This document shows positions 21,017 to 33,429 of a stretch of DNA of 64,000 nt, one piece after another. The notes under the pieces were generated by a model, which did no database searches, was not told the DNA's origin, and was given only the letters and a program-made list of their open reading frames with translations. Source of the DNA: Bilabrum cf. latius (lineage: Eukaryota); NCBI GenBank assembly GCA_965178125.1, contig OZ237769.1, positions 186,001-250,000 of the forward strand, written 5' to 3'. Made by a program: the position numbers and the translations under genes. Numbering within the stretch: position 1 is the first letter of the stretch; each line of letters begins with the position of its first letter.

Positions 21017-24013
21017 ATGAACTCCACGGCGTCGTCGGGGACGTACGGCGCAGATGAGTTCCTGAAGCAGCCACGATTCGGCCAGACATTGACTCATGGG
21101 GCCCCAACAGCAACTGCCGAGCGCAAGGAAGGATGGCTGCGCAAAAAGGCTCTTTCTTCCAGAGAGAAAATGCGATGGGCCACTCGATGGATGGTCCTTC
21201 ATGGAAAGTTCCTGTCGTATTCCAAGCGAAAGGAAGAAGCGGGCAGTCCTATATCCACGCTCGTCCTGGACACCACATCCACGGTGCAACCCACAGAAGA
21301 GCACGCCTCCAGCGGCTACCGACATGAGTTCGTCATCGAATCTTCTGAGTTTGTATTGTATGCGTGCGCGGAAAGCACGGCTGAGCGAGACGACTGGGTG
21401 CGATCCGTGCAGCAGGTGCTCGACCGCCTCACGCGCCACATCCGCCTGGAGCAGCAGGACCGAACGAGGCGATTCGAGAAACAGAAGATGGAAGACGAAA
21501 TTCGATTTAAACAGGAGCAGGAAAAGCTAGAGGAGGACCTTAAGGCGTCCCAGAAAGCCAGGCTTGACATATCGAGCCGGATGGAGCAGCGCAAGAGCGT
21601 CATTCTCAAACGGGAGCAGCTGGCAGCAAAAAGCAAGGCATTGCTGCAGCAACAGAATCCCCAGGCTGGCCCACCACCTGCTTCCGGCCCTGAATCGGCC
21701 GATAGACCCGGCAAGAGCACTGCGGGAGCATCCGAACAACCCGCGGATGCGAGCGAGCAAGCAAGTGCGCCGCAAGGACCGCTCAGCACGTTCGTCTGGG
21801 GCACAGACGATGAGGGACAGGCCGCCAACGGCACCGATTTCCGGGGAACCATCAAATCGCCGCAGCAGGTCCGGATGCTTAGGGGCGCCCGTGCCGCCGC
21901 GCAAATCTGCGCCGGTTCCACACACGTGGCTGCGGTGTGTCCGGGGGGCGAAGTCCTTACCTGGGGCACGGGTTAGGAGGGTCAGCTGGGCGGGGGGCGG
22001 GCCCTTCTTCAGGCAAGCAGGCCGTTCATTGTTCCCTGGTTCAGAGATGTGCCCGCCAGCCAGGTGGCGTGCGGCGGCTCGCACACTCTTGTGCTAGCCA
22101 GAGACGGCAGGGTCTTTGCGTTCGGCTGCAACGAGTAGGGTCAGCTGGGGCTAGGGCACGGGTCAGGCGCCGCGCACTGGGCCCCTGCGGAGGTGAAGGC
22201 GTTGCGACCAGCAGATAGCGACGATGCATGTGACGAGGGATCCAAGGAACAAGAGGACAGCGTTGAGGGCCAGGCAGGAGGCAGCAGCAGCAGCAGCAGC
22301 AGTAGCAGTAGCAGCAGCAGCAGCAGGGGATAGGGTACGAGCAATGCTAGCAGTGCTAGCAGTGGCAGTGGCGCAGGTGAGGGTGCAGGTGAGGGCCGTG
22401 CTGGGCCCACCGTCCCGAGAGGTCGCATCACCTGCGTGCGAGCGGGACACGAGACCTCTGCCTGTGTGACGAGTGAGGGGGAGCTCTGGCTCTGGGGCGC
22501 CACGGGGAGGGGGCGGCTGGGCACCGGGCCCGCCTCGGCAGCGGTGGACTCGGAGCCGATTTGGGAGCCCACGCGTGCCGAAGATGTCTGCCAGGGCGCG
22601 GCAGGCGAGATGAAGACCTAGTCTGCCTCTCAGTGTGACGAGTGCGGTTTGTTCGGCCGCGGCAGCGGGCGCGTGCTGGACGTGTCGCTGGGGGCGTGCT
22701 ACACGCTGGTGCTGCAGCAGCTCGATCGAGAAGATAACGAGAAGGAGGCTACGGATCCAGCGGGGACTGACGAACCTTCGGCTAGGTTCGCTCGAGTGCT
22801 GGTGGCTGGTGCCCTTGGAGCCAGCTCTTCTTCGTTTCACCCTTCGAGCCACTGCCTTTGGAGGGAACTGCCGCTGCCAAGGGAAGGAGCCGAGGCCCAA
22901 AGGGGGACTCAACCGGGGGCAGCACAGGAAGGGGAATCACAGGAAGGGGCAAGCCAAGGTGCCGGCGACAGCTCAACACGCTCTGGGCCATCGGCGCGCT
23001 GCATCGCCGCTGGGCCCGACATGGCCGTGGTGGTAGCAACGGATGGGCGGTGCTTTGTGGCGGGGAGGGGGGTTCTCCCGGTGGCTGCAGCGAGTGAGCT
23101 CCTGGGTTCGAGTCCGAGCACTACCAGCGAAAGTATGAAAAGGGCTTCCAGGGTCACCGGCTTCGAATCGCTGGTGGAAATCCCCGACGCAGTCGGCCAC
23201 GGCGTGACGAGTGCATCGGTTGGCACGGATCACGGCATGCTGCTTTGCGGAGGGAACGCTGGGCAACTGCTGGCTTTCGGTCGCAACAGCTCGGGGTAGC
23301 TTGGTGCGAGCCAGTGGGGCAGGCGGGCGGAGGGTCTGCTGGTGGAGGTGGATGGGCCACGGGAGCAAAAGGGCGCGGGCTTCGTGGAAGTAGCGTGTGG
23401 TTCTGGTTTTACTGTGGGTCTCTGTGCCGCCGGTTTGACCAGGGGATCGGGCGCGGGTGGTATTTCCGGAGAGGCTGGGGAGGGGCCGATCGTCGATGCG
23501 GGGGTCATCGGTGGTGTGACGAGTGCTCGGGGAGCCACGCTGGAGGCTCTGCGCCAGCACGAGCAAGAGACGTTGGTGGGGATATCGCGGGGAACAGCTC
23601 AGGGACAACAAGCCTCCACGGGAGAGTCCGCTGGGCCACCGCACGACGAGCCCACCATTGGCATGGTGGGGTCAGCCCCCCCGCCGCCACCTCAGCTTGA
23701 TATCAAAGCGGCAGCTCCAGCGGTGCATGCATCGGCCTCTCCATCGGAAGCCACCGGTGCCGGTGCTGGGCAGATGGAGCAATCTGGGTCAGGCCCCGGG
23801 GACCCTCTCGCACCGGTCGGCTCGGGGGAAGTGGCAACGGCAGCGGCAGTTGGAGGAAGGGATCATGTGGATGCGGATTCCGGAGCGAACGGCGTGGATG
23901 ATGACGAGTATGATGACGAAGACTCAGACTCTCTCCCGTCCGACGATGAGCTGCCGTCTGATGCCATCAGTGATGACGAGGAAGAGGAGGAATAGGAGGA
24001 CGATGACCGATGA
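21017..24013 (+). CDS. PH-domain plus RCC1-repeat protein with an acidic tail
   Basis: PH domain (KEGWLRKK...WATRWMVL...ERDDWVRSV), a coiled coil, then RCC1 repeats (VACGGSHTL, FGCNE*GQLG, FGRNSSG*LG, VACGSGFTV). A single frame passes TAGs at 21974, 22136, 22331, 22619, 23297 and 23993 to TGA at 24011-24013. Confidence 0.88.
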
Positions 24014-24276
24014 TGGGCCCTTCCTGGGCTTTCACGGAGCTAAGGCCACTCCATGATCATCAAATGGGAGTAATACGGATATTTCATACTCCTAAAGCGA
24101 CCGCTCATGTATTGTTCATTTACTCGAATGCATGGCCACCTCGTCGAACCCAGTCTGGTGGGCACCATGAATGCCCTCTGTCTTCGGTGCACTGCGTTGC
24201 ATTCGGATTAGATATGTGCTTTGCTATCAAATATCATGTTCGGACTTACCCGACACGCAACTGGTACCAAACCCAT

Positions 24277-26152
24277 TCAGATCAAGTGGCCCAAAGCAAG
24301 CGCAACCGCAACCGCAGACAGCAGACCCGCACCCGCCGCCCGCACCCCTGCCCCATCGGTCTTGGTTCCAGGGGGCGGGGGGAAGTAGTTCCCCGCCGTG
24401 GCCAGCTGCACCTGCAGGTACAGCGGCTCCTGGGGTAGAATGAAGGCATCCGCCTTGCTGGGCTCGAGCAGCCTCCGCGTGTCGTGCGGCATGATGGTCC
24501 CGTCGATCGACTGCTGCACCAGCGCCTGGGCCGCCCCGGTCGTGGCATCGTCCGACTCGAGTCTCAGCCTGAAATCGAAGAGGACGCCGTCCTGCATCTG
24601 CTGCCACTGCCACACGCTCGCACTGTCCGAGGGCCCGCCCACCTGCCGCGACAGGTCGTACTGCACCGCACTCGTCACACGGGCCAGCACCGCCACGTCG
24701 GACCGCAGGTAGTCCGCCTTCATGTTGGTCACTTTTGCCTTCATGGACACCGTCTGCGGGCCCTTGCACCTGCTGGGAATGTCGCCCAAAGCCAGGCCCG
24801 GGCAGGTGGCGGTGAGCCCATCGATGAACTGGTCCAGGTTTGGGACCGGGGGCTGGAAGCTGGTGGCTCTGTTCCTCAATGCAGTGGCGAGGAGAGAGCC
24901 CCTCGCGCAGCATCCGTCGTTGGCGGCGGCTGCCCTTATCGCCTCCCCGCATGCGCTGGAGCAGTTGAGCCCGCCGTGCCTGTCGCTGTCGAGGATGTTG
25001 CTGCCGGCGCACCCCGCCTCGATCGCTTGCGCGCTGTCGACAAAGTCGTTCACGCAGTAGTACGTCCCGTTGAAGGCCCGCCCGCGGTCTGCGCACCCGT
25101 ACGCAACGGTGGCGAAAGTGGCGGTTGAGCCGCCCACGGATCGGATCGCGACTGACGTCACTGCCCTTCCGCAAGGGGAGCACCGGAGCCCCATCTGACG
25201 GTCGCTGAACACGTCATCGTCGATCTGCGTGTCGTAGAAACCTCCCGCTGCGAGAGCCCTCACGCAGTAGTCGTCGGGCGTGGCCCGAATGCAGTAAAGC
25301 TCGTCCTGCATCTGGAAGAAATCCGCAAAGTCCACCGTCACAGAGGCGCCCGTGTCGTCGTTCGTCTCCCCGATGAACACCAGGTTGTCCTCGAAGAGCT
25401 CCCTGTACAGTGACTCGAGCTTCAGCGTGCACGAGTCCCGCGCCCCCTCCCCGCTTGCCTTGCACAGCACATCGAGTTTCTGGCCCACGGCGGCAGAGTC
25501 AACCCTGGCTGCATTCAGGTCGTTCTGGACGTCGAAAAGCGTGTCCACGCAGTACTTGGTCGAGTCCTGGGGGGACTTGAGGCAGGACGTGGCTGTGTAC
25601 TCGATGTCCAGGCGCACTGCATTGCAGGCGAGGCTGGAGGTGTTGCGGTTGGTGCCAGCGGGGAGACTCGTCCGGTAGCTCTGGATGGTCGAGAAGCAGG
25701 AGGAGGGGCATAGGCGGTCCAGCCGGCCGTCGTTGTTGTCGTCGTTGTCAATGAAGTCAGTGCACTTGGCAGAGATGTCGTTTACCATGTCGCAGCACGG
25801 GGCGTCCGGCTGGGCCTTGCAGAACTCTGCCGGATCGTCGTCCTGGTCTTGCTGCAAGCTGCCGCTGCTGCTCAAGCTCGATTCAAAGCTCCAGCGAGAT
25901 CGCTCAGCGAATTTCTCGGCTTTAAATAGCAGCTATGAGGTTCGATCGTCGCCGAGCTGGAAGTAGGAGCCCTCGTGCGCCTGCAGTGATGCGATCGGAC
26001 GAAAAGGCAACCGTGGAGTTTCGGTCGAAGCTATGCGACTTTTGTGGCGGCCACAGGTGCAACACATTGCATACGATTTGAAAACATATATTGAGCAACC
26101 ACGCAGTATCGTTTCTCACCTAGACCAGTCTACTTGCAACGAACGCTGCCAT
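24277..26152 (-). CDS. Cys-rich surface protein with a C-terminal hydrophobic (GPI-anchor-like) signal
   Basis: The 532-aa ORF has many Cys and ends in DGAGVRAAGAGLLSAVAVALALGHLI-TGA. It extends upstream through a TAG to an acceptor at 25981. A putative exon 1 at 26152-26120 ends TAG|GTGAG. The 5' model is uncertain. Confidence 0.65.
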
Positions 26153-26915
26153 TTGCTATCCTGCAGATGCCACTAACTCCTCGGGCTCAGACGCATGATT
26201 CCACGAATCAGCGTTTGCACGAGCAAAAATCAATGATGTAGCGAGTAAAGTTGACAGCATAGTGGCAGAATGGGTTCGGTGACGGCAAGTGTAGCAATAG
26301 ACTCCACCCAAGTGAACTGCACGTAACTGACAATCTTAAATCAGAATACCCGAAGTGAGCACTTCGAATGCAGCTCAGGATATTGGAGGTGAAAGTACCA
26401 TAAATTGCAAGTGAAATCGTATAGAGTTCTGAGAACCGAGCCGCTCTCATGGCTGGGTCGACGTGTTGGCACTTGCGTGCTGTGCGACCACAGCCTAGAC
26501 ATTTCGTCGCACCTCCCTCAACACAAGTGCCTTCAATTGAGGTTGACATGATCAAGCGTATTCTCAAACGGGCGTCATTGTTGTCTGCTAGTACCTTTGA
26601 GCGACACTGAAACTTCTGCATGCAGGCAGACATGGTACGATACAGATCGTTCACGCATGCATCAAGCCGTCAGAGGTCCAGGCAAGTTGGAATCGAACGG
26701 CACAGCACACCAAACAAACAACAGCCCCGGGCCGCCACTGGTCGCTTGGTCAGAGTGCATACACCCAGAGCTAGCCCATCGCAGTATGCAGTGCGAGGCG
26801 TCACAAAATGGCCTCTCCAGAATCAGCTTCCACTTACACCACCACCTGCACCTGCACCGTCCACATTTGGCACGACACGTCCCCACTGGCAGATACAACC
26901 CATTATGTACCCCCA

Positions 26916-27209
26916 TTAATCCCCGTCTAGCACATCTCTCTACAACTTCCTCTTCCTCGCCGCTCTCCTCTTCCTCGTCCTCTTATTCGCGCGATGTCTC
27001 CTCTGCACCTCCTCGCCAACCAGCCCCGCGCACTCTTCGTGGCCGTTCTCCACCGCCACATCCACCAGGCCCTGCAGCACACCCACGCTGCACGCCAGCT
27101 TGCCCAGCCTCAGCCGCTTCCCCAGCTCGAGCGGCCTGCCCTTCTCGCAGCATCTGCCCAGCAGGCTGGCATCTCTGTGCGCCTGATGGCCCCGACGACA
27201 GGCCAGCAC
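26916..27209 (-). CDS. Possible small protein (ankyrin-like helix pair plus basic NLS-like tail); start not found
   Basis: LVDVAVENGHEECAGLV...RKRRAARKRKL*RDVLDGD-TAA. No in-frame ATG was found before an upstream TGA. Confidence 0.25.
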
Positions 27210-27428
27210 TGTGCGGGCACGGGGTCTGTTCTCCAGTCGGAGGGTCCAGCGGTCGTATGGAATAAATCCACCAAAGGGCTTGTGCTCATCGTAAAGGGCC
27301 CGGCTTGTCAGCTTGCAGCTTGCTCAGCTGCGCGAGTTGCTGTTAGCACTCGTCACATCAAGTCGCGTCTCTTCCCTGGCCGTCGAATACCTCAGTGCCG
27401 TCACCTTTGAGAACTCGAACGGAAAGCC

Positions 27429-29165
27429 ATGTCTAGCCTTGTAAGTTCGTACTGTGCCATGCAATATGTTGTGCTCTAAGTAACGCGCGTTCACGTTTTG
27501 ATTTAGTGACTGAAACTGCCATGGTAGATGGATTACTGGCTGGGGAATACGAAGATGCAAAGAGCTGTGGGCTGGTTCTGTAGAGCCCAACCCGAGCATC
27601 GACAACCAAATCTAAATCAAAGCATGATTTATTTATAAATACTGCGCAGAAGCTGTACGCGTTCCAGGGTGACTTCCACGCGCTCAAGTGCCGGATCGCG
27701 GCCCAGTACAATGGCATCGCCGTGGACATGCCCAAGTTCGACCGCTCCAAGGACGCCACCGCCAAGTGGTTCCTTGAGAAGAACCCCCTGGGAAAGACCC
27801 CGCTCCTCGACACCCCCGACGGTAAGATGAAAGCCACCGGAACTCGCACCGAGAAAAGTCGCGCGCGCTCGGTTCTCAGCACCAAACGGGCGCAGTGAAT
27901 CCCGATGCGTGCATCTGTACCCATACCAGCACTTTCTTTCTTTTCTTTACGTCACATACCATAATGTCGCAGGGGCTGTGTTCGAGTCGAACGCCATCGC
28001 TCGGTACATCGCGCGCATGCGCAGCGACACTGAGCTCATGGGCCGGTCCTTCTTCGAGCGTGCCCTGGTGGACTCGTGGATGGACTTCGCGCAGCAGGAG
28101 CTGGAGGTGGCCGTCACCCAGTGGATCTACCCCATCCAGGGGTACCTCGAGTACTCTGCCGACGCCGAGGAGCAGGCCGAGGAGGACGTGGCCGAGGCTC
28201 TGTCCGTCCTTAACGCGCACCTCAAGTACCGCACCTTTTTGGTGGGCGACGCCGTCACCCTGGCCGACATCTGCGTCGTGTCTGCCCTCCTGTACCCCAT
28301 GAAGTTCGTGCTCACGGAGAAGGTCCGCGCCGAGTACCCCCACGTGATGCGCTGGTTCCTCACGTGCGTGAACCAGCCCGAGGTGGCCTCGGTGGTGGGC
28401 GACGTGCCCCTGTGCGCCGAGCGCATGTTCGCCCCCGGTGCTTCCGCCAAGGGCGGCAAGGGCAAGGGTAAGGGCAAGGGCGGCAAGGGCAAGGGCGGCG
28501 GCAAGCAGCAGCAGCAGCAGGGCGGCAAGGGCAAGGGCAAGGGTGGCGGGAAGGGAGGCAAGGCCAAGGCCGCTGCCCCCGCCCCGGCCCCGGCCCCAGA
28601 GAAGCCCGTGGACCCCTTCGCGGGCGTGGGCAAGTCTAACCTGAACATGGAGGTGTTCAAGCGCATGGTGGCCAATGCCCCCAACAACCTGATCCGGGCC
28701 AAGGACCCCGAGGACTCCGACGATGAGGACGAGTACAAGCGCGATTACGCCGCGGTGATGCCCAAGTTCTTCGCGGAGATGTACGACCACACCAAGGACT
28801 CGGTGTGGATCATCAAGTACAAGCACCAGCACGAGAACACGGTCGATTTCATGACGTCCAACCTGGTGCGCGGCCTCACGCAGCGCGCCGAGGGCGCCCG
28901 CAAGTACTGCTTCGGCGTGTTCCACATCCTCAAGCAGCCCCAGGGAGACGACAAGTTCATCTTCCCGATCGTGGGCGCCGTCGTGCTCCGCGGCACTTCC
29001 TTCGACCCCTTCCGCGAGGTCTCGGTGGACATCGCCGAGTACGACGTGGAGCGGATCGACCCCGCCGACGAGGCCGCCAAGGCGCGCTTCGTGACCATCT
29101 TCGGCGGCCAGGCCGGGGACCAGGTGGAGGGTCTCGAGTCCATGGACTGCAAGTGGCTCAAGTGA
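27429..29165 (+). CDS. EEF1G: Elongation factor 1B-gamma (GST-like N-terminal domain plus EF1G C-terminal domain)
   Basis: Exons are 27429-27440 (MSSL|GTAAGT), 27650-27821 (KLYAFQG...KNPLGKTPLLDTPDG) and 27973-29165 (AVFESNAIARY, RTFLVGDAVTLADI, YPHVMRWFLTCVNQP, FMTSNLVRG, RKYCFG). Ends in TGA. Confidence 0.95.
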
Positions 29166-29440
29166 GTGCGCGAAGGAGCGTGGCTTCGTGGGAGTGCAAT
29201 TTTCGTGGAAGCGCCGGCGGGTTGATTCGAAGTGCTCTGCTTTGATGGGCCCCACCGCGTGCTTGCCTTTTGCTTGATCACATACGCTGGTCAAATAGAA
29301 TCATACAGTGCGGATCTTCACAAGCTTGAAACACGATGTGAAAGCCTTTGTTAACATCCACAGAAGCAGCGCAGCTCACGCTACTACTGCAGCATCCCGG
29401 TGTGAACAAAGTAGTTTTGATCACAGCAAAATGAACTGTT

Positions 29441-31351
29441 TTAAGACCCCTTGAATCCCTTGCCAGGCACAAACGCGGGCGCATCCACGGAAAGCTTGAA
29501 ACCGCTGCTCGCGCCTTTCGCCCGCGCAGCCGCTCCCCCCGTGTGCGCCTGCGACGCGCCCCCGCCTGCCAGTGCTCCCGCGCGCGCAGCCGCACCCCCG
29601 GTTGTGCCCTAGGCCCGGGCTGCAGCGCCACCAGTGTGGGCCGCAGCCACAGGGGCAGGGGCATCAGAAGCAGAGGCAGAGGCATACGAAGCAGAGGCCG
29701 CGGGACCTGCACCTGCACCGGCAGCAGGCGCAGGAGCCGGGGCAGAGGCCCCCGCCGCTGCCCTCCCACTCCCGCTCGTCACACCCTTGATCCCCCGACC
29801 CCGATCGGCTCCGAGTCCGAGTCCAGGCAGGCCCAGTGCCGCAGCAGGGAGGGAGGCGTGCCTGCCCAGTGCGAAGGAGGAGGCCCCCTCCAGCCCTGGG
29901 CCAGACCCAGCCACCGCCTCGGTCCGGTAGAATCCATCCGGGGCGAAGGGACCCCGTCTGCAGAGGCACACCTGTTCCAGGGAACAAGTACCACCCCCAA
30001 GTGGCGCTGCCCCGCCGCCACCCTCGGCGTTGTAGTGGGCAAGCAGCGGACGAGCGTCTACTGGCAGCCGCGCCGCCATGGACCCGAAGTCGCCGCCACT
30101 TTGACCACCCCCCGAGCCCTTCCCCATGCCCCGGCCCCGCCCCGACCGCCGCAGCCGCGTGTTGATCACGGTGGCGTGCAGCTTGGGGCTGAGGCGCCCG
30201 TCGGACCCCCGCAGCCGCTGCCTCTCTGCCTCGTCCTCCTCCACCACACCGGCCTCGTGCAGAGCCTCGTACAGCACAGAAAATGCCTCGCGCACCGCCC
30301 CCGTGCCGCCGCCCACGGAGCTCGAGCTGGTACTGGCCCCACCTCGAGCCTGCTGGCCACCCGACTGCCCGGTGCGACTTTGACCGCCCCCCGAAGTGGG
30401 GGGCAGCTGGTCGCTCGCCTTGAGGTACAGCACGTGCGTCTCGGACGGGTCGTCGTTCATGTGTTCGAGCCCCTGCAGCCTGACCCTATGCGATCGGAGC
30501 AGATGCCTCACTCGTTCTGCGACCGATCGGATTGCTCCGATCGCGGCTCTCAGTGCCTCAGGAGTGTAGATCCTCAGCATGAGCAGCGTCATGTGCAGCT
30601 GCCGAGGCGACACGAGCACGCTCTCCTCCAGCCCCTTTGCCGGCGCCCCAGATCCGGGGCCGAAGCGGGACAGCACGTCTGCTTGGAATTTCGCCACGCT
30701 CGGCGCTGCGGCACGCAGCGGGATGCACAGAAAGTGCGTGTAGTCGAGCCGGCTCGCCGTGTCGGCGGCGATGACCTCCAGCATCGTCTTGGCGCGCCGC
30801 ACTGCGGAACCGGTAGAGCCGCGCACAACCACTGAGAGGTCTCCCACGGCACCGCCGGAGCCCCCGTGCCCCCCATGGCGCCGTTTGGAGGCAACGTCCA
30901 GCAGGACAGCCGAGCCGAGCGATGGCTGGTGCCGCCGTCCGGCCCCTTTGCCGAGCCGAATCCCGATGGCTGCATCGATGACGCGATTGCTTGGAATCTT
31001 GATTTGTGTACGCGTATCCCGTTCGATTTCTTGCTTGCTTGCACCGCGCTTGCCCACGAGAAACTTGAACTGCTCCGGGGGAATGTGCACGCGAGAAATC
31101 CACTTGTCAGACCGGGAGCCTGCTCTCCCTTCCGGGACGATACCTTCAGCCTCCAAGTCTTCGATATCATCTTCCACGTCGCCGGACCCGACAGCTTCCC
31201 TATCGCTGCGCGATGCCCCCCACATTCCCGCCTCGTGAGAGTGCTCGGCACGGTCGGCCGACCTCGCAGCTGCAGCCAGCGGCAATTCGCCCTCCGCAAG
31301 GTGAGCCCTGCGCTTCCTGTATCGAATTCCCCCAACGTCAATCACGAGCAT
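29441..31351 (-). CDS. ASCC1: ASCC1-like protein (KH domain plus 2H-phosphoesterase/AKAP7-like domain) with a C-terminal PAM2-like motif
   Basis: KH domain: FKFLVGKRGASKQEIERDTRTQIKIP. Also YTHFLCIPL and the HxT motifs LHMTLLML and KLHATVINT. The frame reads through TAG 29609 to KLSVDAPAFVPG and ends at TAA 29441. Confidence 0.88.
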
Positions 31352-31557
31352 CTCGACGTAAACTAGTCTTGCGTCGCAATTGCGCGAATCCGATCGGACC
31401 GGAACGCTTCATCACTTACTGAAAATGGAACGTTCCAATCGGTTCGTTGCCGTACAATCAGCGAACTTTCCGGGACAGCTCGTCAATCCGTGCGGGGAAG
31501 GCACCCTAAATCATTCATATATCAAGACTACAAACTAGCACGAGCTAGTCTACAAGC

Positions 31558-32281
31558 ATGAAAGGGATTCAATCGGCCATTGCTACTTTGATCCCATTCG
31601 TACTAGCCTATGCTGCCTCAGACGACGTAGGCATGAAGCTTGCTAGCGACAGCTTGATGGAGCCGACCATCGATGAGCCATTTACTGGGGATGATGACGG
31701 CGCTGGCGTTGATTGCCCCCCGCAGTCTTTGCTAGATATAATTGTATAGAATGGAAGGGTGGATTGTGGGCCCAAGTGCGTGTACAAGCACTACGACGCA
31801 GAGGTGAAGGTGCAGCCGCTCCCGGCCGGCATCAGCTGGCAAGCGCTGTGGAAAGGGGCCGGCTTCACCCCGGCACTGTCGTTCGCATTGATCAACCATG
31901 GGACCTGCAGCGGCGTGTACAAGACCCCGCAAGGCCAGTGGAACCTGAAGCTCGACAAGCGGAGGACCGTTCGAACCGGGCCAATCGACAAGAGCCACAA
32001 CGGGACCGGGGGCATGCTCGTCACACAGTGCCCGTGGTGTGACCCCACGGGACCGACCGACTGCAGCCAGTGCGGGAACGTTCCCACCGCCAGCTTCGGG
32101 GAGGCCCACGTGTGGCAGATCAACGCCGAGAACACCGCGTACCTCGCCGAGCTGGAGCCGTCCTCCAGCAGGGGGGTGCTCTGCGTGGACCTTGGGGCGA
32201 TCGAGGACCACGGGCGAGAGATGGAGAGGGTGCGAGAGCTGGCGAGGGAGCGGGGCCTGGTGCTGGGCAGGGATGGCCGTG

Positions 32282-32319
<38 letters not shown>

Positions 32320-32640
32320 CGGTTGAGGGGAGATCGTGGGGATGGTGGTGCGAGCCAGCCTATGCTTCTGGTGGGGGATGAAGGGGAAATCGGGGAACGT
32401 GGCTATTCTGGAGATGACATGGTGCTGCGCGGTTTCAGGGTCATGGGTGCGGACCTCTGCACGGGTGGGAAGGCCTGGACCTACTCGTTCGCGGGAGCGC
32501 AGGTGTACACCACGGGGGGGTGCTCAAGGGATGGAGCCAAGTGTCCCGCGGGGCAGGCCTTTTGCTGCCCCGATGGAAGCAAGCCCGGCAACGTGACTAG
32601 CTGCGGTGACTATTGCTTTGATTGCAACGGGTCTTGCTGA
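31558..32640 (+). CDS. Secreted Cys-rich protein of unknown function with an internal polyQ
   Basis: Signal peptide MKGIQSAIATLIPFVLAYA. Three ORF-track fragments share one frame, joined by TAGs at 31747 and 32317; the second directly follows a (CAG)n run. Cys-rich C-terminus, TGA at 32638-32640. Confidence 0.8.
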
Positions 32641-32932
32641 AGCTGAAGCGGTTCAACGAGGTTCGAGAGCACTCCACCGTCGAGGTTTCGGAGCTTTCGA
32701 TGTTGATGGCACGCTCAGCCCGGAGCAAAACTCAAAATGGATATTTCTCGTCTCCGTGTATGCAATCATAAAGTGATGCAATCGGTCGAATCAAGCGAGC
32801 GAGGCGTCACGATCCAGAACGAACGAATTTCGAAGAAGACGGTCAAACTTGGTTCCAGGAACGGAACCGCCGGGCTCTGGGCCAAGCATAATCTTTGGAA
32901 ATCAACGAAAAGGGTATTCTTAGTACGGTACA

Positions 32933-33301
32933 ATGGTTAATGCTGGTATTGCAGTTGGCCTACATGCCCTTGTAGCCGCAGCATCCCTTGGCGTCCTGGC
33001 ATTTGGGCAAAGATTCTCCATGCAACCAGTTTTCGTGGCGATCGCCTTGAACGTAGCCTGCGCGGTAGTACTGGCTACCTTTTACCTGGTTCCTGCTCCA
33101 CAGCACAGTTCTGTCGGAGGGGGGCTGAATATGGACTATGACGGGCCTAGCGTGATCCAGCTGTCAGATGATTAGGATATTGCTGTTTGCGTTAGCAAGC
33201 AAGGCGAGACTGCCAACGGTTTTAAGTTTGGAAGCGGTGTTACTGTCCCTAATGTTGGACGTTGGTAGTTTTACCCAACAAAGATCGTGAAGGTTGAATG
33301 A
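32933..33301 (+). CDS. Small membrane protein (two N-terminal hydrophobic segments), unknown function
   Basis: MVNAGIAVGLHALVAAASLGVLAF...VFVAIALNVACAVVLATFYLV. Reads through TAGs at 33173 and 33266 to TGA at 33299-33301. Confidence 0.55.
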
Positions 33302-33429
33302 ATGGAAATGCCACAAAAGACTGCCAGTGTTACAGATCGCACGCACGATGCAGAGCCTAATAAGCATTGCTGACTTGATGAAGCTGCAAGAATAAACAGT
33401 GTTGTGCATACGCACGAGGTGATACCGAG

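Noticed and set aside
15542-24013. TAG as pyrrolysine, Glu, Tyr or Leu
   Set aside because: The most conserved columns (QxYAP, RxQLP, GQLG), the poly-CAG context and the CAG/TAG paralog swap point to Gln. The few sites fitting other residues are mostly variable positions and are flagged separately.
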